Numbered from the stretch's first letter, positions 1 to 11,761 are shown. The stretch is 64,000 nucleotides of DNA from Octopus sinensis (GCF_006345805.1 NC_042999.1:45942001-46006000), one strand, 5' to 3'. A program made the numbers and translations. The notes: generated from the sequence alone by a model not told the origin.

Positions 1-257
1 TAAGAGATACATAGGGAGAGAGAGAGAGGGCTGCACCAACACTCACCTAGTACTCATTTCAACTGAGTACACTTGAACAGCATGTAGTGAAATGTCTTGC
101 ACATGGACTCAGTATACTGTTCAGCTTAGGAATCAGACCTTTGACATTATAATCACTTGCCAAATCATTACTTTTCAGTAGAGTATCTATTTGCATCTGT
201 TATAGAGGTTTTAGAAGTAGTAACTTTACTTATAATATTATATATATATATATATAT

Positions 258-962
258 ATATGGTGGTCAATGAGGAAACTAGGGATAGATGAATGGTTAG
301 TGAGAGCTGTGCAAGCCATGTTCAGAGACGCTGTAAGTAAGGTGAGGGTTGGCAACGAGTACACTAAAGAATTCAGGGTAGAGGTAGGGGTCCACCAAGG
401 TTCAATCCTCAGCCCTCTCCTATTTATCATAGTCCTCCAAGCAATAACGGAGGAATTCAAGACAGGATGCCCCTGGGAGCTCTTATATGCTGATGACCTT
501 GCTCTAATTGCTGAGTCACTATCAGAACTAGAGGCAAAGTTTCAAGTATGGAGACAAGGATTAGAATCGAAGGGCCTTAAAATCAACCTGGCTAAAACCA
601 AAGTCCTAATATGTAGGAAGGCAGGCAAATCACAAACGCCTTTAGGTAGATGGCCCTGCTCGATCTGTAGAAAAGGTGTAGGTAGAAACTCTATAAGATG
701 CACCAAGTGTAAGCTATGGACACATAAGAGGTGCAGCAATATCAAAGGAAGGCTAACTGGGAAGATAGTTTTTGTATGTGGCAGATGCTCAGGAGCAATA
801 AACACTGAAAATGCTCAGAGACCAACTCCTGCCACATTCCAGGGAGAAAAACTAGAAGTAATAGATAGCTTCTATTACCTAGGTGACCAAGTCAGTAGCG
901 GGGGCGGGTGTGCTGAAAGTGTAACTGCTAGAGTAAGAATAGCCTTGGCAAAGTTCAGAGAG
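258..962 (+). mobile_element. RTE-clade LINE reverse-transcriptase fragment, 5'-truncated, with an inserted C4HC3 zinc finger
   Basis: ORF 270-1094 has RT motifs GVHQGSILSPLLF, LLYADDL and YLGD. The RT homology stops at AKFRE (962). Confidence 0.93.
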
Positions 963-1214
963 TCAGTGGCACGTAAAAAGCACCATCCGATTGTGGCCGT
1001 TGCCAGCCTCGTCTGGCACCTGTGCAGGTGGCACATAGAAAGCACCCACAACACTCTCAGAGTGGTTGGCGTTAGGAAGGGCATCCAGCTGTAGAAACAT
1101 TGCCAGATCAGACTGGGCCTGGCACAGCCTTCTGGCTTCCAAGACCCCAGTTGAACCGTCCAATCCATGCTAGCATGGAAAACGGACGTTAAACGATGAT
1201 GATGATGATGATGA
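963..1214 (+). mobile_element. 3' part of a non-autonomous RTE-tailed element (SINE-like) ending in (GAT)n
   Basis: Contains GGTTGGCGTTAGGAAGGGCATCCAGC and CCATGCTAGCATGGAAAACGGACGTTAAAC(GAT)n. The same module recurs at ~31215, ~31860, ~33850, ~40720, ~41455 and ~44065. Confidence 0.85.
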
Positions 1215-1229
1215 TATATATATATATTA

Positions 1230-1428
1230 TTCTTCTACTTGTTTCAGTCATTTGACTGCAGCCATGCTAGAGCATGCCTTTAGTCGAACAAATCAATCCC
1301 AAGACTTATTCTGTGTAAGCCTAGTACTTATTGTTTTGGTCTCTTTTGCCGAACAGCTAATGTCACAGGGACATAAATATACCAACATCAGTTGACAAGC
1401 GATTGGGGGCGGGGACACAGACACATAA

Positions 1429-1473
<45 letters not shown>

Positions 1474-1656
1474 ACAGGCTTCTTTCAGTTTCCATTTACC
1501 AAATCTTCTCACAAACCTTTGTTCAGCCTGAGGCTACAGTAGAAGAGTCCTGCCCAAGGTGCCGTGCAATGGGATTGAACCTGGAACCATGTGGTTGGGA
1601 AGCAAGCTTCTTACCACACAGCCACTCCTGTGCCTACACAGCCACCCCTGCACCTA
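1230..1656 (-). mobile_element. tRNA-derived SINE, dominant family A
   Basis: A/B-box head TGGCTGTGTGG...GGTTCAATCC, internal (TA)/(TG) tract and 3' CAGCATGGC...GACTGAAACAAGT tail. The first ~20 nt are tandemly duplicated. Confidence 0.88.
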
Positions 1657-1709
1657 TACATATATATATATCTATTTATATATAATAGTGTATAAAATGT
1701 ATATATATT

Positions 1710-1760
<51 letters not shown>

Positions 1761-1980
1761 GTCCTAAGAGTTTGTTGCCTTTTACTAATGTAAGAAGAAT
1801 TCGTGGGTTTATGGCCAGTACTCTGTAGTAGTGAAGCCTTTCTGACAAGTCGTTTTGCAACACTCATGTCATTTCCATATTTCTTAATTCTCTTAAGAAA
1901 AGCATGAATATCATACAATCTCATATTCAAGGCATTGTTCTCATATGAGAAATCGATACAGGTTTGGGGAGTTTCATATC

Positions 1981-2820
1981 ACTCTTCGATCTCTTGATTT
2001 TTTCCTCATTTTGTTAGAATTTTCTTTTTACCTTCATATTTGTTTCTTTCTTTTCCTTCGCCTCCTTTTTATTTATTTATTTAATTTTTTTTTTTCCAAT
2101 TCTATCTCTCCTGATCTTTCTCTCCTTCTTTCTTTCATTTTCCTTTCTTTTTTCATCTTACTCTCCCTTCTCTACCTCTCCCATTTGTTCTTTAAGACTT
2201 TCTTTGTCTCCATTGCTCATCCTCCACCCTCAGTCTTTTTCTTTTCCTTTCTTGGCTGTCAGGTTTTCTCTTTCGCTCCCTTGTCTTCCCTCCCTCTCCC
2301 ACTTTCTCTTTCTCATTTTCTTCCTATCTCACTCCCCTCCCCACTTTCCCCTCTCTCCCTTCCCTATCTCTTTCTCCTTCTTTCTCCTCTCTCTCTTCTC
2401 CCACACTCTTTTTCTTTCTTCCTTCCCTCTCTCTCCCTATTTCCCTCTCTCTTCCCCATCCCTCTCTGCCTTTCTGTCCTCTCCCTATTTCCTTCTCTCA
2501 CCCCTCCCTCGTTCTCATTCCTCTCTTTCTCTACCCCTCTCCCTGCCCTCTCACTCATCACCCTCTCACCCCCTCTTTCTCATGTTTTTTTTACATATTA
2601 CATGTTGATCTTCTACTCAAGACCCTTCTTCCCCACCTCACCCCACCTTCAATACTCTTCCTCTCCACCTCTGCTTCTTCTCTACCTTTCCCACCTTTTT
2701 CTCTTTCCCCTTTTCTCTCCTTTGTCCTCCTCTTCTCCACATTGCCCTTCTATTCTTTGTCCTCACTTCCCCTCCCCTCCCCTCATTTCCCTCCACACCC
2801 CTCATTTTTCTCATTAAATA
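1981..2820. repeat. CT-rich low-complexity tract
   Basis: Degenerate polypyrimidine sequence. It explains the spurious F/S/L/P-rich ORFs. Confidence 0.9.
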
Positions 2821-3224
2821 CTCAATACTATGTCCCTTTTTTGCATTAGTTATATTGCCACAGCTATAAACTCAATCACCAAGAGAAATTTACCATTATA
2901 ATTTTCTTCCTACCTGCTTGTTTCCCCATGTGGTATCCGATGTATTTTGTCAGAATTCCTTCTTTTGGAAGCGAACACAGTTCTTTTTTTTTATATATAT
3001 AATTTTTTTTCATTATAATTGTACTTTTGTTTTTTAATGTGGAACTCTTCTCATCAGTTAAAACTCTCTCACTTTATGGTCAAGCTCTCTTTAAATTTGT
3101 TAGTGCACATAATTCTGCAACAGATATACCAATGTTAACCCTTCTCTAGAGACCGTCACCATTACACAAAAATACATAACAATGATTATTATTGTGTGCA
3201 TAGCAACAGCTGGCTTGCATATGA

Positions 3225-3565
3225 ATAGCATGTTGTTGTTGTTGATCTTGTTGGTGGTGTTGTTGCTGTTGTTGTTGTTGTTGTTCTTCTTCTTCTTCTT
3301 CTTCTTCTTCTTCTTCTTCTTCTGCTTCTTCTTCTCATAATTATTGTTATTGAAGTTAGCAATAAGGGAAACTCATTGATGGACGAATGTATAAAAATAC
3401 TGTCAACCGGGTTAGTTTATTGGGATAAGGCCCTCTATGTGCTTGTATGTGTGTGTGTGTGTGAGGGTTTGTGTTTGTTTATTTGTGTGTGCATATATGT
3501 GTGTGCATATATGTGTGTGTATATATGTATGTGTGTGCATATCTGTATATTTAATAGTGTGTGTT

Positions 3566-3599
<34 letters not shown>

Positions 3600-3722
3600 C
3601 ATACAATATATATAAATATATATATATTTAAATATATTTATATATACATATGAATATATATATATGTATACACACACACATGCATATACATATATATATT
3701 CACACAATATATATATAGACGT

Positions 3723-3761
<39 letters not shown>

Positions 3762-3790
3762 CTACACACACACACACACACACACATATA
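3225..3790. repeat. (GTT)n/(CTT)n followed by (TG)n/(TA)n/(CA)n microsatellites
   Basis: Directly visible. Confidence 0.9.
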
Positions 3791-4769
3791 TAAATGATAA
3801 CCTTTCTAATGAAAGAAGAACAGAGCTCGCACATAAATGGTCATACCTTTTTAGACAATCAAGAAATTTCGCAAGCTTGTGTGTCAATTCTCTTAGAAAA
3901 CCATCGATCTGTGAACTCTTTAAATCTGACATTATTAAAGGAAATATTAAGTAGTTTGGCATTTTCAAAGTGTTGCCTGGCCATCTCTTAAAATGTCAGA
4001 AGAAGACCTTCTCAACGCCTAACGTGTGATAATGATAAAAACCATTCCACTATTGGTGAAGCTTAATATTGAGCAATTATGTTTCTCAGAATCACTCTAT
4101 TTGACTACAAGGCTGAAGAACTGTCTGAAATTGAAAATGTGTGATTGCTCTTTCATCACTATCTCTCTTTATTTACCTGTCAATATACATCCATAGAAAC
4201 ACGCAAACTCATACACTGTTAACAATCATTTATATATAATCAAAATTGGACTGCTGCTTAGTGAAGCTGTCTTTAAAAGCTAGCTTATAGATCAATAGTA
4301 ACTCAAAACATATTGACTGCTAGTTTACTTTTATAAAGTTTTATTTCACATTTAATTTTAGTTCATACACACACATACAGATAGAGACAGACATACAATA
4401 GCTTAAAACCTGCCCGGCATAAGAGAAAATTAGAAAATTAAGTAGAAATAGACGTTCTCGTTCCATTCCTTGAATACTTGTATAACATATCCCTTGTTAA
4501 CGAAACCTCAATGATTTTTTGATTTTTTTTATTGCACATGCATTTTAGTGTGTACATGTTTGTGCATGTGTGTGTGTTCATACATATCTGTGTGTGACTG
4601 TTTAGCTTCTATGTACGCTTAATAAATATCTGCATATATCATCAATGCAGAGTAGGAGAATCATACAAAATTCAAATGCATGCTTACAAGGTGAGCAACA
4701 GTGCACATACGCCACAATATGTATATGTAAATATAAAAAATGGAACAAATCTGAAGAGTAGAATATGCA

Positions 4770-5580
4770 TACACACACATATATATTTGTAAAATATGCA
4801 TATATATATATATATATATATATATAACATATATATATATGTGTGTGTGTGTGTATATATGTATGTATATATATATGTGTGTATATATGTATGTATATAT
4901 ATATATGTGTGTGTATATATATGTATATATATATATGTATGTATATATATATGTGTGTGTATATATATATGTATAAATATATATATATGTATAAATATAT
5001 ATATATGTATAAATATATATATATGCATATATGTATATATGTATATATATGTATATATGTATATATATGTATATATGTATATATATGTATATATGTAAAT
5101 ATATGTATATATATATATGTATATATATATATAATGTATGTATATATGTATATATATATATATATTAATAAATATAAGGGTAGCAAAAAAATTCTAGAAA
5201 AAATTCTCTGCTACCAGCGGTCTAGTGAGAAACTACAGATAGTCAAAGACTATATAATATACATTCAACAATATAAGGAATGGCCCTGATAGGCCATTCG
5301 ACTCACTAGAAAGAGCAGTTGGTTGTATATATATATATGTATATATATATGTATATATATATATATGTATATATGTATATATACATGTATATATATATTT
5401 GTATATATATATATGTGTATATATATATATACATGTATATATATATGTGTATATATATATATGTATATATATAATGTATATATGTATATATTTATACATA
5501 TATATATGTATATGTATATGTATATATATATTATATATATATATATATATATAATATATATATATGTATATGTATATGTA
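4770..5580. repeat. Compound (TA)n/(TATG)n microsatellite with a ~150-nt unique island at ~5175-5325
   Basis: Directly visible. Confidence 0.9.
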
Positions 5581-5657
5581 TAAATCCTTAAATCCTTAAA
5601 AATGTTTTAGCCCGAAGGCCGCGGCCATGCTGGGGCACCACCGCTGAATGAGCTACA

Positions 5658-8600
5658 CTAGTTTGTGAATCCACCTCTGATACGTGGCACTTGATCAACA
5701 AGGGAGTTCGATGCTGCTGCCCGCATCCGTGTCTCCTGTCGTGAGGTAGGTTCATCTGGGACTCCCAACAAGAAGAGATCCAGTTTAGTTTTAAAGAAAC
5801 CCTCATCCCACCATGTAAGTCTCTCAGGCATTTAGGGAGGATGTTAAAGAGCTGTGGTCCTCTGAAACCCAGCTGTTGCAGTATCTGGACCTGTATTTTG
5901 ATGGTGATGTTGGAATCCTTGGCACCACGCAGCGGCGCCCCGTTCTGCGGTTGGAGTAACTTTGAATGCCAAAGTTGGGGACAAGACCCTCCAGGATTTT
6001 CCAGATGTATATCACTGCATATCTCTCCCGCCTCCGCTCCAGGGAGAAGAGGTTAATACCTTCAGTCTTTCCCAGTAGCTGACATTTTGCATTGAGACGA
6101 TTTTCTTTGTGTAGCTTCTCTGAGTTGCTTCGAGTTCTGCTGTTTGTTTTATATTGTGTGGTGACCAAAGTTGGGAGCAGTAGTCCAAGCGGCTGAGGAC
6201 AAATGTTTTCCATAGGACCATCAGTGTCTCCTTCTCTCTTGTTCTGAAAGTTCGGAGAATCCATCCAGCTAGCCGTCTGCATTTTATCACCAGATTAGCA
6301 ATATGCATTTGGAAAGATGCATCATTGCTCATGTCAATGCCCAGGTCACGCACTGATTTTGACTCAGGGATTGCAATTCTTCCTGGGCCAGTGTATCCAG
6401 TCTTCACGTCATTTACCTTTGTGTGCCAGTAGCGCAGGGCCTGGAACTTACCTGCATTAAACTGCATGTTGTTGTCCTCAGCCCACCTGTATATTGTGTC
6501 CAGCTCATGTTGCAGATGCGCAATATTTTCAGGGTTTTGTATTGCGTGGGAGACTTTTGTGTCATCTGCATAGCTAGCAAGGGTGGTCATCGTAGCAACT
6601 GAAGGCATGTCTGAAAGGGCCACTATGAACATCAGTGGCCCCAAGACAGTGCCCTGTGGGACACCGCTTGTTATTTGCGTTTCCCTGGAGGTGGCTCCAT
6701 TGCTCACAACTGCCTGTTTTCTGTCTTTTAGGAAGTTGTGCAGCCACTCTCCAGTTTCCCGCCTATGCCGAGACCACGCAGTTTGTGACAGATCATACCA
6801 TGGTCGACTTTATCAAAGGCTTTTGCAAAGTCAAGATATATTACATCCACATTTGAGCCATTTAGTAGCTGTTTCAACACCCAGTCATAGTGTTGCAGGA
6901 GCTGTGTTAGGCAGCCTCTACCTGGTCGAAATCCATGCTGGGTGTCAGACAGTAAGTCATTTTCTTCAAGGAACATGATTAGTTTCTTACGGACTATTCG
7001 TTCCATGACTTTGCTGATGTGTGAGGTCAGAGAGATAGGCCTATAATTTTTAGCATCTGCTCTGCTAACTCCCTTATGGATAGGGCATATTACCCCCTCT
7101 TTCAGTTTGACTGGGAGCTTACCACTTGCAAGAAAGCTCTGAAAAAGAAGCCGTAGCAGTTTTGCAAGGGCTCGTTTGCACGATTTGAGAAGGATCGCTG
7201 GGAATCCATCAGGTCCAGCAGCTGAGTTTGTGTCAATCTCATTAATGGCTAGTGTGATATCATCTCTTCGATGTTGATATACTCAATTTTTGTCTCTTTG
7301 GCCGCTGGTAAAGTGGCAAAGAATTCTCTGGGTTGTTTACTTGCCTGTGTCCTAGAGTGTAGCGAACACACTTGGAACTGTTCGTTCAGTATTTCACTTA
7401 TCCTCGTGGGATTTCCTGTGAGAGAGCCATCTTTTTGGAAGAGAGGTCCTATTCTCTGGTGCACTGTGGCTGTCTCTTTGGCAAACTTAAAGAAAGCTTT
7501 AGGGTTTGATTTTATATTTTCTATTACCCAAGCTTCTTTATCTGCTCTCTCCTTTTCATGGGACTGATGTAGACTTTTCTCAGTTTCCATTAGCATTCTT
7601 TCGAGCCGAGACTTCTCACCACTTTTGGTGTGCTTGCTCAGGCGGTTTGCAATCCTTGTCCATCGTCTCATAAGAATCCTCCTTTCTCTAGGGATCCTGT
7701 TTTTGTTCTTGTGTGTGCTGGCCCTGCACATTGGGACATATTTGTCACATATGGCTTGTATTATGGACATGAAGTGTTTGTGTTTCATGTTTATGTCGGG
7801 TGTGGAGAGACATTCAGGCCAATCCTGTTTGAGGATCTCTTTCTCAATCGACTTCCAGTTGGCTTTATGAAAGTTTAAGTTGGAGAGATGGTGGGTGCTT
7901 CGTATAGGCTGTGTGTCTGCGGGGGCTTTTGTTCCATACATAAACAGCTCTATTATGTTGTGATCCGAGATCATTGTCGGCATCACATTAACATTATGGA
8001 TAATATCCATATTGTTTGTGAAGCAGAGATCCAGTATATTATCTGCCCTTGTTGGTTGCAGAACTATTTGCTCCATGAAAGAGGTATTTGTGAGATGGAG
8101 CAGGGACTCCACCTGTGCCTGCTGATGGTGTGTCATCCCTGGGAGCATCTGCCCCCCAGGCCATTCCACATTGGGGAGGTTAAAATCACCCATGAAGAAT
8201 ACACTGTTGTGCTGTTCAAGGTTGGTGAGGACTTCTCCTATTTTTGTTAGGCAGTCTTCAAACATGCCTGAGTGTTTTGGGGCGTCTGGTGGGCGATATG
8301 TAGTGCATATGACGATATTCAGTTGTCTTATGTGTACAATTTGAGTTTCACATACTGAGTTTGAATATGACAGCAGGACCTGGGGCGTGAGGTCATCTCG
8401 GATGTACATTGCAACTCCACCATAGCTCCTCCCTTTTCTATCTGTGCGTATGACTGCATATTGCGGCATGTGTATTTCTGCATCACCTATATCGGGTTCA
8501 AGATGCGTTTCTGTGAGTGCCATGCATATAGCTTGATTGCATGTCACAAGGTCTCTCAGGAATGAAATTTTCTTTTTACAGTTTCCGCGCAGCAGCCCTC

Positions 8601-8661
8601 CTACATTCAGTAGAAATATTTTTGTGGTGTGTGTGTTGGTGTTGGTGTCTGTGGTGGCCAT
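5658..8661 (-). pseudogene. LINE ORF2 (APE endonuclease + RT), frameshifted in this sequence
   Basis: APE motifs ALTETHL, YRPP, MGDFNLP, RADNILDL and SDH. RT motifs NYRPISLTS, QHGFRPGR, YLDFAKAFDKVDH, GVPQGTVLGPLMF, YADDTK and RDLG. C-terminal LERRRERY and VPDEP. Stop codon at 5660-5658. Confidence 0.93.
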
Positions 8662-9502
8662 CCTGCATCTGTTGGAGGTGGCCTTATGTGGTGGTAGTTC
8701 CAGCTTTGTGCTTGTAGCCAGGTCAGCTGCTGAACAATTTTTTGTGCCATGCACAAAAAAGACTGCTGTTCAGCTGCCGCCCTTCTCACATCTGGGTGAA
8801 GCTGGCCACCTGTTGGGTTTCCGCGCACCACATCTGCATACCGTCTTTCAGTAGTGGTCAGTGCGCTTTTTTCCCTTCTTTTAACTTTTTGCTTTTGTTC
8901 TCCCTGAGGGAGGGACCTCTGTCTCGCGTCCGTGCGGTTTTGGTAGGGCCTCCGATGTGCAAAGCGACAGTTTGCACCTTCAACGCCGTACCAGCAGTCC
9001 CCCCTCAGGTAGAATTTGCAGGTGTTTCTTTCCCTGCCCTTACAGTTTTTGCTGGGATCCCTCTTCTTTCTCTGGACAGGGCTTCCTTTAGCCTTGATTC
9101 TGTCACCCTTTACCTCCTGCTTCCCATCAATTCCAGGGTGCCTTTCCTTTCTTGCGGCCATCGCACCTCTTTGGTCTTCAGTTGTGGTGTTGGAAGCTGG
9201 ACATGTGTCATCGTTTCCCTGTGTTCCAGGCTTCTCCATTTGGCTCTGGATGCTTTCCTCATCCTTTTGGCCCTCCCTGCTGCCGTCACCTCCCAGTATG
9301 ATGTCCAGGGTGTCCACATGTTGCCTGATTAGAGCGTACAAACGGATAACTTCTCTCTTCTTTCGCTCTATCTGGGCGGTGGTTCTCGAAAAATTGTTGC
9401 TTTTCAGCGCCGCAGCAATAATGTCGTTCGGCGAGTCGTCCTCAGCGATCCTCCAAGCGCGGACGAACAGTTGCACCTCTCTCGAGGCCAGTTTCTTGCC
9501 AT
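8607..9502 (-). CDS. LINE ORF1: putative Myb/SANT-like N-terminus, CCCH zinc finger, basic and proline-rich C-terminus (one frameshift near 9478)
   Basis: Track ORF 8607-9476 (289 aa) contains CKFYLRGDCWYGVEGANCRFAH and RYADVVRG. The ATG at 9502 gives MARNWPRE one base out of frame. Confidence 0.7.
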
Positions 9503-9524
9503 TTTCTTCTAGTGAAATATAGGA

Positions 9525-10951
9525 ACAGAGAGAGAGATAGAGAAGGAGAGATATGGAGAGGGAGAAGAGAAAGGAGAAAAGCCAGGGGGGGATAGAGAGA
9601 GAGACGAGGGGATTGTCCTGAGAGAAGAGAGAAAGAGAGAAAATAAGAGGGAAAAAAGAGAAAGGTGAAAGAATGGCAGGTCAGCAGGGGGAGAGTGAGC
9701 GGGATAGAGGTGTAGTAGAAAGGGACAGGGTGGAAAAGTGAGACAAGAGGGTGGACCCTAGGGGGAGCAGGAGAGAAAGAGGCGGAGAGATAAAATGGAG
9801 AGGAAGAGAGAGATGAAATGGAGAGGGAGAGAGAGAGAGGGCAGGATAGAGGTACCAGGGAGTGAAGTAAAGGGACAGAGAGGGTGGTGTGGAGGAAGGA
9901 GACAGAGAGAGGAAAAGGTATGTATATATATATGTATATATGTATATGTATGTATATATATATGTATATGTATATGTATGTATATATATATGTATATATA
10001 TATGTATATATATATATGTATGTATATATATGTATATATATCTATATACATGTATATATATATATGTATATATATATATGTGTATGTATATATGTGTATA
10101 TATATATGTATTATATATATATGTGTATGTATATATGGGTATATATATATATGTGTATATATGTATATATATAGTGTATATATATATGTGTATATATATA
10201 TATGTATATATGTATATATATATACATATATATATGGATAGATACATGTAATATAGTATATACATAGCATAATATATATGCATATATATAACATATATAC
10301 ATGTATAATATACATATTATATATGTAATATATAAATATGAACTATACATATAATATAAAATATACATGTATAATATCATATATTAATGGATATATATAT
10401 ATACATATATACATTATACAACTATATATATAATATATTAATATATATATATATATACATAGATATACAAACATTAACACATATATATATATATACATAT
10501 TACATATAAATATATATACATATATACATATTATATATACATATATATATATTCATATATATATATACATAATATATTATATATATATATATACATATAT
10601 ATATTCATATATATATACTACATATATATATTAATATATATATATACATATATATATACATATATATATTACATAATATATTAATATATATACATATATA
10701 TATTTATATACATATATACATATATATATATATATGTATTTATATATACATAATTATATATATATATAATATATATATTATATATATATATATATATATG
10801 TGTGTATGTATTTGTATGTATATATGTATGTATATATGTATATATATATATGTATATATACATATGTATATATGTATGTATACATATGTATATACATATT
10901 ATATATACATATATACATACATATATACATACAAATGCATACACACATATA

Positions 10952-10983
<32 letters not shown>

Positions 10984-11460
10984 AGATATATATATACATA
11001 TATATATATATGTATATAGTATATATAAATACATATATATATATAATATATATGTATATATGTATAAAATAATATATATATATATGTATATAGGTATATA
11101 ATATATATAGTATATCTATGTATATATATATGTATATATATGTATATATAATGTATATATTGTATATATATATGTATATATATTTTGTATATATTGTTTA
11201 TTATTTATGTATAATATATATAATATATATATGTATATATGTAATATATATGTATATATATGTATGAATATATATATGTATATATATATATATATGTATT
11301 ATATATATGAATATATATATATGTATATATATATATGTATATATGTATAATTGTATATATATATATATGTATATATGTATATATATGTATATATATGTAT
11401 ATATATATATATGTATATATGTATATATATGTATATGTATATAGTATATATATGTATATG

Positions 11461-11507
<47 letters not shown>

Positions 11508-11701
11508 ATATATATGTATATGTATTATGTATATCTAATATACATAATATAGTATATATACCGTATATATGTATATATATGCATATATATATTGCATATA
11601 TGTATATACATATATGTATATACATATGTATATACATATATACACATGTATACATATGTATATATATTATGTATATATACAAACATATATATATTATAAT
11701 G

Positions 11702-11760
<59 letters not shown>
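9525..11760. repeat. GA-rich tract (9525-9905) followed by a ~1.85-kb compound (TA)n/(TATG)n array
   Basis: Directly visible. It explains the many Y/I/H/T-rich ORFs. Confidence 0.92.

Positions 11761-11761
<1 letters not shown>

Larger units (their letters stand above)
5581..9525 (-). mobile_element. Probably full-length CR1-clade LINE (ORF1, ORF2, 3'UTR, short repeat tail)
   Basis: ORF1 9502-8607 and ORF2 with APE endonuclease and RT domains. 3'UTR ends ...GGCTAAAACATTTTTAAGGATTTAAGGATTTA. The CT-rich tract up to ~9905 may be the 5'UTR. Confidence 0.93.

Noticed and set aside
1945-2817. 290-aa hydrophobic F/L/S/P ORF (similar ones at 35005-35690)
   Set aside because: Produced by CT-rich low-complexity DNA, with no domain content.
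5221-5310. Hammerhead ribozyme in the three-way-junction island
   Set aside because: Neither strand has CUGANGA and GAAA at the required junction positions. It is kept only as an unexplained structured island.
7271-9522. Plus-strand ORFs overlapping the LINE
   Set aside because: Antisense shadows of ORF1/ORF2 with no recognisable motifs.
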